From assembly GCF_004010195.1 (NCBI RefSeq), contig NC_057758.1, positions 8,645,011 to 8,709,010 on the forward strand: 64,000 nucleotides of DNA, in the 5' to 3' direction. The notes under the pieces were generated by a model, which was not told the DNA's origin, ran no database searches, and saw only the letters and a program-made list of their open reading frames with translations. Made by a program: the position numbers and the translations under genes. Each line of letters begins with the position of its first letter. Position 1 is the first letter of the stretch. This stretch comes from Chiloscyllium plagiosum (taxonomy: Eukaryota). Positions 12,985 to 24,950 of the stretch are shown here, piece by piece.

Positions 12985-13330
12985 CATAGAATCCTGACAT
13001 GTGTGGAAACATATCTTTCAGCCCAACAGGTCCACATCGTCATTCCGAAGAGCAACCCACTCAGAACCATTCCCCTCCCCATTATCCTTCATTTACACCG
13101 ACTAATGCAGTTAACCTACACATTTCTGAAAACTATGGGGCAATTAAGCATCTCTAATTCACCTAACTTGCACATCTTTGGATTGTGGAAGGAAACCGGA
13201 GCACCCGGAGAAAACCCATGCAGTCACGGGAAGAATGTGCAAACTCAATTCAGACAGTTGCTCGCGGCTCAATTCGAACCCAGTTCTCTCGTTCTGTGAG
13301 ATAGCAACGGTAAACCCTGTGCTATCGTGT
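12985..13330 (-). mobile_element. HE1-type V-SINE, older copy
   Basis: Same layout as 12455-12773 but more diverged. Confidence 0.85.
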
Positions 13331-13929
13331 CTAAAGTGGTATCATGCAAGATTCTACATAATTAATCGAAGAGGTCTGCGTGTATACCCTACATTTCATA
13401 GAACTAGGAAGTACTAAACTAACTTTAAAAAAGGCAATATTTTGATCAGAGTTAAGATTTGGTGCAGTTTGTTGTGGTAATCGTTGTCTTGGAGGAAAGT
13501 AGCACTAGCCTGCATTTGATCATATTGCAATTGGAAGGGGCTGAGAGTTTATGCCGAAATAATCGCTTCTCTTTTCCAATTGCACTGATGTGACCTTCTT
13601 TTTTCCGTATGTCTATTTCGAATGCTGCATGACATGATTGAGTAAAATTTCATGTTCTGTTACCACGGCAATTTCCAGTTATCCATATTTGATAATAATT
13701 AAACTCATCTGCCGAATCTGTCTTCTCCCAGATCACATCACTTTATCTGTAGCCGTAATTCTGAGCATCCCCCAAAATCAAATATTTCTTCGAAGCAACT
13801 GTGGATATTTAACACTGCTCCAGTGCTTCGGCACCAATAACTGTCCATCAACCACAAGAGCCATTGCGTTGTTGCCAACATTGGTAGATAATTGGATGCA
13901 ATTTGAATGACTTGTCTCCCCTACTACAT

Positions 13930-15272
13930 CAGTAACAGCAGTCACTGATCATATTATGTCCAGCCAAAGATCTCAGATGTCCAGAGTTTTTGGAAGGTGA
14001 TTTCGGTTATTTTTATTAATTTTGCAAACTTTCAAACTCGGTCTATACCTGACTGGGCAACTTAGCGTTGTTTATTTGCTCTGAAACCAAATCATAGGCA
14101 GTGAAATTAGACTTTTTTTTACTTATTCGCATTCTCTTGACACCTTCCGTGAGAGCGCTGCAAAAGCGTCACGAGCTCTGCCTACCAACGGCAAGGAACC
14201 AAAATTCAACAGTTTAAATACATCACTTTAAAATGTCACTAAAAGGTGAAGGACACCAAATCCTCTCGTCGTTTTACAAACTGATGGGAATTGACTTAAG
14301 CTAAATCTGTTCAAATCTGTCCAGCTCCATCCAAATCCATCCAAGTCCTGGACACGTGCCCAATATGTAATATAGCGGAGATTGTCCCCCAAGAGACAAC
14401 CAAAATCGAAGCATCCAAAGAAGAGCACCCTGCCCTATAACCTGTGAAAAGTGTCCAAAAGGTGATGTAAGCAAACTTTCAGCAATGATTAAGTAAAATG
14501 AATTACTGATACATACTCTAAAGTGACAATTTATTTAACTCTACAATTGAACAAATGAACCAATTTATTTACAAACCTACTCACCACGAATTATTCCCGA
14601 ACAATAATGCTAATGATATGCTCTTTCTGTAAATGCCAGACCAATTCATATAACGAAAAGAATGGAAGTTATTTTCTCAAGGTTCCAGCCAGGTTCTGTC
14701 TTCCAGAATGTTGCATGCCATCTCGCATTGAGTCTTCTTTCAGAAATGTCTTTCCCTCCGATTCTTCTGCCAGAAACTTTTCTCACTCCGATTTCCTTGT
14801 CAGAAGGTTTAGGTTTTTGTTTTACTAATAGATGACTGTGAGACCCAATTTTTCTCTCAAGAGAGCCAGGGACTTGCAGCTCTGGCAGATCACAGTTAAG
14901 TCAGTGGCTCGATCTAATTATTCCCTGGTTTTTTTTCTCACGATGATACCACATCAATTTCCTACAGTTGTACCGGTCCTATGTTGTCAAAGCCTTCCAT
15001 TTTAAATTTAATTCATCTTTAGTATCGAAGGGTTTGGTTTAAATTGAGTGTCTAAATTCAACACCTATTGACTTGGAAAAATAAACCTGCCGATTGGCGT
15101 GCTAACTGCACTGCCTTTCAAAAACAATATTTCTGTTCACGTGCAGTCTGTACATCCACAAATCGTAACAAGGCTGTGCACAGACGGCCATTTTTAAATC
15201 TAAGCACAAAAAGAAAACAAAATCTGCACTTAAACAGTCCAGGCAATGCTCTCCCCATTTTACATTATCACA
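13930..15272 (-). mobile_element. Internally deleted Gypsy (Gmr1-like) LTR element: 5' LTR ~14366-15272, PBS 14346-14362, gag and RNase H-end fragments
   Basis: The LTR ends ...TACA and is followed by TGGGCACGTGTCCAGGA (tRNA-Pro-like PBS). 14030-14190 encodes VGRARDAFAALS, homologous to gag at 51660-51820. 13935-13975 reads AGHNMISDC, resembling an RNase H end. Confidence 0.65.
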
Positions 15273-15419
15273 TTGTGTACGGACACGAAATTCCAACCTC
15301 TGACTCCCAACTTATGATTAGCTTAGACAACTTCACAAAAACATTTGGCAAGGAAAGCCCCACATGTACTTTGAATGGACTATCCGTGACCCCTAGCAAT
15401 GTAGTTAAAACATTGAACA

Positions 15420-16500
15420 GAGAGCACGATAGCACAGTACAGATCCTTCGGCCCTCGATCTTGCATCGACCTGGGGAAATAATCTGAAGTCTATAAATCC
15501 TACATATTACACTTTCATTTGTACGCTTATCAAATGACCATTTAAGAGCACTTTAATTTGGAACGCAGGCAGCGCATTCCATGCTCTAAAAACTCTTCGA
15601 GTAACGAAGCTACCTCTTTCATCCGTCCAATATCTGTTCCTTCTCAATTTAAAGCTATGTCCCCTTAGCTAGTCGTCACCATCCGAGGAAAAAGGCTCTC
15701 ACTGTCCACTCTACCTAACCCTTTGATTATCTTTTATGTTCCAATTAAGTCACCTCTCAAAATTCTTCTCTCGAACGTAAGCAGCAATTCGTTCAACCTT
15801 TCCTCATAAGACCTTCCCTGAAGACCATTCCAAAGCTTCCACATTCTTACCATAGTGTGGTTATCAGAACGCTATGCAATGCTCCAAGTGCAGCCGCACT
15901 GATGTTTTGCACAGCTGCAGCATGACTTCATGGATACGAAACTCAATCCCCTTACCAATAAAACTAACACAACGTATGCCTTCAATACAACGGTATCAAC
16001 CTGGGTGGCAACCTTAAGGGATGAATATGCATTGACAACGAGATCTATATGCTCATCTACACTACAAAGAATCTTACCTTTAGCCCAGTACTGCTTATTA
16101 CTGTTACTCCTTCCAATCTCAAGCACACCTTTCCTCCTTAAACTCCATTGACCACCTTTCAACACAACTCTGCAGCTGATCTATGTCTCTCTGTAAACTG
16201 CAATATCTTTCAGCACGATCTGCAACTGCACCGACTTTAGCAACATCAACAAATTTGCTAAAACATTTTTCTATGCCATCATCTCGGTTCTTTATAAAAT
16301 AACAAACAGCAGTGGCACCAAAACAGATCTTTGTGGTGCACCAAGAGTAACTTAACTCCAAGATGAACACTTACCATCAATCACCACACTCTGTCTCTTA
16401 CAGCGATCGAATTTCTGTTCGAAACCGCTAAATTACCCTGAATCCAATGCCTCCGCATCATTTGCAATAGCCAACCGTGGAGAAACTTATCAAACTTTTC
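15420..16500 (-). mobile_element. CR1-like LINE RT and 3' tail
   Basis: SKFVDVAKVG (degenerate FADD), LQRDIDQL and VATQVDTVVLKAY. Confidence 0.88.
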
Positions 16501-17854
16501 TGTAATTCTTAACTGCCATGCGTGGTCAAATTGGGCAACAAATACGTTTCAAGACAGGGACTCTGCTATGCTGTGTTTTCTTATAAATTCTGATTGCATT
16601 GATTTAACTCAATTGCTCCACGCAGAAAATTTGTGGACTTCTATCAATTGGTTGTTGCCTGAAATGACTCAATGACTCTATGAATGTGTCCAAATGTGCT
16701 TGATTTATCCTATGCCTTCAGCCTTTGTCGACTTCCCACGTACGGACATTTGTGGTGCATTATATCAAAATCTTTTAAGCCATTGATTAGAAAGCATTTG
16801 GCTCAACTCGCTGTTCCGCTATAGTTCTTTCAGAATTTTATTTAGTTAATTAGTACCCCTGGCATAATTTATACACTTAGCTGGAAGATAAATGATCACT
16901 TTTCACTCTTATCAAAACTTTCACAAATTTCAGGAACTCTGTTAATATTCCATTCAGTTTTGACTCGCTCATTAGGGATAAACCCAATCAAAGAAAAATT
17001 TTCAATGTGACCTATGAGCCTATCGATGTCTGCAAGTGGGATTTTGGGTATAAGGTCCTTTCTCCAGTGCATATTAGTGTTCCGAGAGTTCCTCGTGAAA
17101 CCTGCATTTTCATAGTTTGAGTGCATGTCTGTTAAATAAATGCAGACACCTTCACAGTTATTTTCAGAATGTATTTTCTTGTATTGATATTCCTGCTTTC
17201 CGAGATAACAGTGTTAATTCTTTCCATTCACATAATATCCATTGTGATTCCATTCTCGTTCTAAAATGTTCCTAATATAAAAGGCATGATGACGTATAAA
17301 TCTTCAAAGTTGCAACAGCATTTTTTAATTTATAAGTTGACAGACTTCGAAGGTNNNNNNNNNNNNNNNNNNNNNNNNNNNNNNNNNNNNNNNNNNNNNN
17401 NNNNNNNNNNNNNNNNNNNNNNNNNNNNNNNNNNNNNNNNNNNNNNNNNNNNNNNNNNNNNNNNNNNNNNNNNNNNNNNNNNNNNNNNNNNNNNNNNNNN
17501 NNNNNNNNNNNNNNNNNNNNNNNNNNNNNNNNNNNNNNNNNNNNNNNNNNNNNNNNNNNNNNNNNNNNNNNNNNNNNNNNNNNNNNNNNNNNNNNNNNNN
17601 NNNNNNNNNNNNNNNNNNNNNNNNNNNNNNNNNNNNNNNNNNNNNNNNNNNNNNNNNNNNNNNNNNNNNNNNNNNNNNNNNNNNNNNNNNNNNNNNNNNN
17701 NNNNNNNNNNNNNNNNNNNNNNNNNNNNNNNNNNNNNNNNNNNNNNNNNNNNNNNNNNNNNNNNNNNNNNNNNNNNNNNNNNNNNNNNNNNNNNNNNNNN
17801 NNNNNNNNNNNNNNNNNNNNNNNNNNNNNNNNNNNNNNNNNNNNNNNNNNNNNN

Positions 17855-18430
17855 TCTGCTATACATTGAGGAGATAGGATGCCTACTTGCAGAACGCTTC
17901 AGAGAGCATCTTGTGGAAATCCACACCTACCAACCACTGTCCCGTGGCCGAACACTTGAACCCCCCTTCCCACTCCACCAAGGGCATCGTCACTCCATAC
18001 CACGCGAAGTCTGGAGGAAGTAAGCCTCATCTTCCACCGTGGGACCTTCCAGCCCCATGGCATCAACGTGGATTTCACCAATTTCCTCATTTTCCCTCCC
18101 CCACCTTATCTCAGTTACAACCTTCCAGCTCAGCACCGCCCTCATGAGCTCTCCCATCTGTCCATCTACCTTCGCAACTATCAACTCCACCATTACCTTC
18201 GACCTATCACCTGTAATCCCACCTCCGTCCAGCTATTGCACTCTCAGATAACTTGCCCCCTCTCATTTATCTCTACATCCCCGACGCTCCCACTCGCATG
18301 AAGGGCTGAAGGCCGTTTGTCCGAACCGTCGATTTTTCTGTTCCTGGGATGCTACCTGACCTGCTGTGCTTTTCCTTCACCACACACTTGACTCTAATCT
18401 CCAGCATCTGCAGTCCTCACTTTCGCCTAT
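17855..18430 (+). mobile_element. Penelope-like element 3' part (GIY-YIG and terminal repeat)
   Basis: LLYIEEIGCLLAERFREHL...PVAEHLN. The tail ctccagcatctgcagtcctcacttt matches the reverse complement of ~47961-47985. Confidence 0.85.
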
Positions 18431-19439
18431 GTACATTGATTGGACGAGCAATTAATGCTTAACAATATTAGTCACATTATCGAGAAAACAGGAAGAACGT
18501 CTATTCCTGTAGATTTTGACATGTCACGAAATCTTGTAATATCTAATTGAACAATTAACGCATTTTCGAAGCAAGAAAATGTCTGCCTGGTCACTTTTTA
18601 GCTTTCACTTAGTGGGCCAAATTAGTTGCCATCTCCAGTCTTCGATGATATCTGTTTATTATCACCTGTCGCGTCGTCAGTTGCAAAGAAATGTTGATAT
18701 CTTCAGAAACAACCTTGGAAAGAGTGAGTACAATGAAAATTTGAACTACATGTCAACACCTGAAAAGAAGCCAAACCTCTCGTAATAGATTAGATTATCC
18801 GTGAAGGAACAGTGAGCCTATATTTTCCAGAAATGCCCATTATGGACTTACTGTCAATGCATAAGGTGCAATTGCAGTTCTACCTTGGAAACATTGCACA
18901 CATCAATATCGGATTTGCAATATTGTTTATGCTGAGAGAACTACACTGAAATGCAAACGACAACCTACCTGATTGATGTTCTGCTAGATTGAGAATTGAA
19001 ATCTCATCTACCTGACATGAATGCTACACTAAGAGAATGAATACTCAATTACTCAAGACTCGATTACTCAATGACGCTTAATCGCAACGTGTTCCTACGA
19101 AAAGCTGCAATGTCCAATTACCCTGATAGTGTGGCTGACTCTTTGACTTCAGCAGACCACAGACATCTATCACAATGACCAGTTTTCAAGGCTAACTAGA
19201 CCTACCGACACAGAGATACTACACATACAGCATGTCATTTCACTCTCCAATTACTCAAAATCAGTCAGATCCTCCAATAACTATACATTTCAATCGTTCA
19301 ATCAGGTAAACGTCGATGTACAATACACAAATACTCACTTGCCGAACTCATTCATATCACCAGCTCAAGCAGCTCATTGACGTGACCAGATCAAGTAGCT
19401 TGCACCTGGAAATCACCGGCTACTCATCCACTTTTCAAG

Positions 19440-19735
19440 AGTTCAAGTATAGTATTGAACGTTCTTGACATGAGAAGAGCAAGATTTAAAAACGACGTGA
19501 TGAACAGCATGTATTACAATGGGAGAGTTTCCTGTGTAGAATGAAGGTCTGGAGGAAGCGATGGATGCCAATTAACTTGCCAAGTTTAAAATAACATTTG
19601 GATTAATACATGAGTAAGAAAGGTTTAAATGGATATGGGCCAAGCGGAGGCAGATGAGACTAGTTTAGTTTCGGAACATGCTTGGTTAGATTGAATGAGT
19701 TTGTTTTTCTCTGTGTTGGATGACTCAAAGACTCA
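19440..19735 (+). mobile_element. CR1-like LINE 3' end
   Basis: Tail motifs atttggat...ggatatgggcca...ggcagatgagactag, as in other copies in this window. Confidence 0.6.
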
Positions 19736-21264
19736 AAACGTTCGGACCACTTATTTGTTCACTGACCCATTAATGTTTCAGAAACCAGAGACTTAACCAA
19801 GTAAACCTGTACACCCGATGCTGCCTGACCTGCTGCGCTTTTCCAGCAACATATTTTTCCGCACCAGATACCATGCTCAGCACAGTGTCTATTACATCTT
19901 CGTCTACACTTCGTGTTCCAAATATTCAGGCTGCACTCACTCTAAGATCCTGGAGCCAGAGTTTGAAGGTTTTGTTTTGAAGAATCGCAATTCAGTCTCG
20001 TCAATTAAATTTTGGTGAGCAGAAAATAAACTGTCAGCAGTGACTGAGATTTTTTGGTTAGTTTCAGGGTTCCAGCTCACGTTGGTTAGGGTAACCTGCC
20101 AGCTGCTGCGCAGAAAACGTCAGATGTAGAAATACATGGAGGAACACGGCAACACTGCGCAATTCTGGAGGATCAGTAAAATACCTGATGACGTTTCAAA
20201 CGATTTTCATCTAAGAAAGTACACCACTCGCAAAAAAGATGTGCTCAAAGTGTTATCCAAGAGGTGAACGAAATGGTGATATTTGGTGGTGTTGTCGAAA
20301 TTAAACTGGCTCGACTCAACTGCCAGCAAGAGCAGAGAAAAACCTTTATTTTTAACCTCTGCATGCAGGTGACTAATACACTTGACAAAAACGCCTTGTG
20401 TAAGGGACCTGAACAAATTTCACATAGCCTTTTTATACTATTCTTATTACACGGTGAAGGCCAAGAGCTGGGAAACGTTCGAACTCTTATTTTCCCATCC
20501 TCTTGCTGTGTATATAATTGCTTACTGTCTTTCTGTTTTCCTTAGCCTTTTTGCTGAATTTGACTGTTCGCAGGATCAGGTTGAATGTTTGCAAAGTTCA
20601 GTAAAGCCAAGGTGTATGCTCGACTGAAAGATTCAGCAAAGCATTTAATTTAGAAAAGCATTCCCTTTCAGATTTCAGAGTAAATGTTAATTTTGTTAAT
20701 TTTCCATTACAGTGGGGATTCACAAACCAATGAGAGTCAGAGATTTAAATTTAAAGAATGCTGTCACAGAATGTACCAATTGAAAACAATTTGGAGAGTA
20801 ATACAACATAACCATCACATAAATTACCCTTTCCAAAAGTGTGCACACTGATGTGGCATCGTAAAACTACCCGGATTCGAAGAAGTGTTTCGACCCATCG
20901 AGTCTGCATCGGCATAACAACTCTAAGTTGACATTAATTCCATTTCCCTTTTGGCACATTGCTTTGAACTTTACGAAATGTTAAGAAAAGACCCAAAATA
21001 TATTTTATAAATGGCGAATATCCCGCATCACCTACCTTCTCAAAACCCATCTAAACCTCTGACTTTCTCCTTATATGCATGCCCCAGTGTTATTGACCAG
21101 ACGACTACAGGCAATAGCTGTTTTCTATGTATCCTGTCCATGCTGTTCATCATCTTATACCGCACAAATTTGTTCCCCTTTAATTTTGTCTATTGATAAA
21201 AAAACACAACCCGAGCTTATCCAATATCCTTTCAAAGCTGAAATTATCCATCTTCCCCAACATG

Positions 21265-21590
21265 GGGTGGCAGGTTAACTACGTCGATAGCTTCACTACC
21301 TCACAGTGCCAGCTACACGGTTTCGATTCCAGCATTGATCGACTTTCAGTGTGGAGTTTGTGCATTCGCCCCGTGTTTGCTCCAGTTTCTTCTCACAATC
21401 CAAAAAAAAGTCCAGGTTCAGTGAAATGGCAATGCTAAATTGTCCACAGTGTTAAGGGATATGTACGCTCGATGCATTAGTCACTGGTAAATAGCAGATA
21501 ATAAAATATGGGAATGGGTGTGTTTCTATATTTACTATACAGAGAATAGGTGTGAACTTCTTGGGCCGGAGAGCACTCTTCCACACTGCA
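21265..21590 (+). mobile_element. HE1-type V-SINE, diverged, flanked by CR1 fragments (20870-21260 and 21595-21835, minus)
   Basis: B-box ggtttcgattcc and V-domain gtgtggagtttg. The flanking ORF reads LVRPELEHCVQ (CR1). Confidence 0.75.
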
Positions 21591-21900
21591 GAGATCTCAG
21601 AACACCATTATCAATCTGCACTGCATGCCCTCAGTGCAATCACTTCCACCCAGCTGCACACAGTGCTCCAGCTCTGGCCGAACTAATGTCCAATTCATCT
21701 CCAACGTAAGCTGTCTGCTTTTATAATGGATGGCACGACTGATAAAAGCAATTGGCTCATGAACCTTCTTAAAATCCTTTTCTATCTGTCGCCTCCAGGG
21801 ATTTTTGGATATGCACAATGGACACTTCAGAACAAAATATAAAAATGTTGTTTTTTCTGGAACACAGTAAGAGCTCCAATTTAAGATTAAATCATTTTGT

Positions 21901-22759
21901 TTATTTACATAGTGTAGCAAGTACATCAATAGAATATTTCAGTCCATTATTTAACTCGTCCCTGAATTTTGTCTGGGTCAGTGCATAAATGCATGTGTTT
22001 GTACAAGAACTCAGAAGTCGCAGCATGAATCCAAATTCTTGAAAGATAACTGTTGGATGATTACATGTCTTGTCTTCATAGTTATAATAACATTTTGCCA
22101 GCTAAAGAATGTGCTATATTTGTCATCCACAACAATATGAAATTAGCAGATAAAATGAAGAGCAAAATTAAGGATTTTCTATGCGTTACATTTTCAAGAT
22201 CGATTCTACCGTCTTTTTTATGGTCCAGAAGACGCAGGCCAACTCTAATGGTGACTATTACATTCCTGGCAGTGAGAACGTTGAACACAAGAATCAATAT
22301 AATTGGAAGCAAAGGTGTAATAATACTATGCATCTACTCATAGATTGTCCAGACGGATGCAGTATAATGTTCTGGTGCTAAGATACAAAACCATGGTACA
22401 TTATTAGTAGCAAAAGCAGGGACAAATACAAAGTACCAGGGAATTGAGCTTAAACAGTTGACAACTCTCACAGCACTTCAGTTTCTGACAACAAATGACT
22501 ATAAAACGATCAAATGTCGAAGCAACCGTGAACCAAACATAACAGTCCATGGTCATACGAAACAGAACAATTCTAACCACAAACAGAGGAGTGATGTACA
22601 GAAATGCAACTGAAAAGTGAATATTGTTAATCATTTTCCGTGGGACATTGAAAATTACCAGTGATAGATCTGCTGCTGACATTGCCAACAAGTAGAACGT
22701 GATGCATATAGAGAGGCCACAATTTCCGCGATACAGAATTATGATGGCCACCACGGTAA
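21901..22759 (-). pseudogene. GPR139/GPR142-like class A (rhodopsin-family) GPCR, main coding exon, disabled
   Basis: Reads VAIIILYRGNCGLSICITFYLLAMSAADL (TM1-2), DCYVWFTVASTFDRFIVICCQKL (TM3 DRF), PWFC, IITPLLPIILILVFNVLT (TM5), RKSLILLFILSANFILLWMT (TM6) and LLSSCTNTCIYALTQTKFRDEL (TM7/H8), with stop at 21901-21903. Lesions: acceptor reads GG instead of AG at 22760-22761, TM4 is largely missing, an in-frame TAG at 22334-22336, and a frameshift near 22095. Confidence 0.88.
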
Positions 22760-24619
22760 CCGAAAGAAATATCGCAAAACGTTGCCATTGATTTTGACTG
22801 CTGCCACAAAGAAAGCATCAATTGAATATGATTACAAAAAAACAACAATCGCTACAGAATAATCAGAACTATGTTTTCATGATATACTCCACAACTGAAT
22901 TGAATGAGATAAGTCATTAACATCTATCATTACTTGATTTTTTGGAAGGAAATATGTCAGCACTTATTGTTTCACAAGTCTGTTTCCCAGATTTTGAGTC
23001 ATTTCTGAAGTAAAAATAATCTTATGAATAAGGGTTCTCATGTAGGGATAGACGCTGGGAACCAATGAGAGAATAAATGGACAGAAAAATGTGAAAAACA
23101 GGCTTTGAACATCAGCTACATTGCCAAGTGCACATAATTTCACAGGACGTGATACAACGAGAAATAATATTGAAGCGGTACAGGTAAGAAGAAACACAAT
23201 GTTTAGGTTCTGTACCGGTTATGACACTGATCAGACTCTGTCAGTCCACTGGGCAACATTTATGCTCATCACATGTTTTCAAACAATTTTAGAAGTGACA
23301 GANNNNNNNNNNNNNNNNNNNNNNNNNNNNNNNNNNNNNNNNNNNNNNNNNNNNNNNNNNNNNNNNNNNNNNNNNNNNNNNNNNNNNNNNNNNNNNNNNN
23401 NNNNNNNNNNNNNNNNNNNNNNNNNNNNNNNNNNNNNNNNNNNNNNNNNNNNNNNNNNNNNNNNNNNNNNNNNNNNNNNNNNNNNNNNNNNNNNNNNNNN
23501 NNNNNNNNNNNNNNNNNNNNNNNNNNNNNNNNNNNNNNNNNNNNNNNNNNNNNNNNNNNNNNNNNNNNNNNNNNNNNNNNNNNNNNNNNNNNNNNNNNNN
23601 NNNNNNNNNNNNNNNNNNNNNNNNNNNNNNNNNNNNNNNNNNNNNNNNNNNNNNNNNNNNNNNNNNNNNNNNNNNNNNNNNNNNNNNNNNNNNNNNNNNN
23701 NNNNNNNNNNNNNNNNNNNNNNNNNNNNNNNNNNNNNNNNNNNNNNNNNNNNNNNNNNNNNNNNNNNNNNNNNNNNNNNNNNNNNNNNNNNNNNNNNNNN
23801 NNNNNNNNNNNNNNNNNNNNNNNNNNNNNNNNNNNNNNNNNNNNNNNNNNNNNNNNNNNNNNNNNNNNNNNNNNNNNNNNNNNNNNNNNNNNNNNNNNNN
23901 NNNNNNNNNNNNNNNNNNNNNNNNNNNNNNNNNNNNNNNNNNNNNNNNNNNNNNNNNNNNNNNNNNNNNNNNNNNNNNNNNNNNNNNNNNNNNNNNNNNN
24001 NNNNNNNNNNNNNNNNNNNNNNNNNNNNNNNNNNNNNNNNNNNNNNNNNNNNNNNNNNNNNNNNNNNNNNNNNNNNNNNNNNNNNNNNNNNNNNNNNNNN
24101 NNNNNNNNNNNNNNNNNNNNNNNNNNNNNNNNNNNNNNNNNNNNNNNNNNNNNNNNNNNNNNNNNNNNNNNNNNNNNNNNNNNNNNNNNNNNNNNNNNCC
24201 AAATAATTCTCTGAAGAGAATTAACATTCATTACTTCTTACTGTCCATTACACTGACGACATGATATTTACTCTGCGTTTCTACTCAATACTCTTCAGGA
24301 ATGTCATCTGCACCTTATTGACAGCAGAAGCACTCAGGGACAGAAAGTCATAGTGAATGAAAATAAAAACAAACTGCATCTTTATGGTTAGCCCATGTTA
24401 TACGCACAGCCTACTATTAAACGTGGATAAAGATTAAGGTAAATGCCAGATGCTGTACACAAACAACCGTAGATATAAAATAATACATCTTGCCTAAATC
24501 ATCGGAAGATTATTCTCACCGTCATGTTGTGCGTGCTCAAACAATACAAATTTCCATAGCTGACCAGTCAAATCTGTACTGTGATCCTGCATTATCGAAA
24601 TACGTTTTGCTATTTTTTA

Positions 24620-24950
24620 CAGTTAAAATAGTAACATATATCTTGAATGTATTCAATGTTTCGATCGCAAAAGTTTCCTGTTGTGGATAATTCCACAAGC
24701 TCCTCATTCTCTGACTGACATAATTTATTCTCATCTCAGTCCTAAATGACCTACCCTTTATTATTAGAACATAGCGTTCTAGCCCTACATTCCCTGGCAT
24801 ATGGAGCATCATTTCTGTGTCTGCCCGATCAAACCCTGCGAGAAATTTCAAAGGTTTCTTGCACATCCATCCACACAATCTTATAGAGCCCAATGAATAT
24901 TATGCTAACTGGTCCAATCTTTCCACATTCATCTGTCCGACCATCGGACT
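24620..24950 (-). mobile_element. CR1-like LINE 3' fragment
   Basis: IKGRSFRTEMRINYVSQRMRSLWNYPQQ. Confidence 0.8.

Noticed and set aside
19000..19440. Recurrent ACTCA motifs
   Set aside because: No consistent period or unit could be defined by eye.
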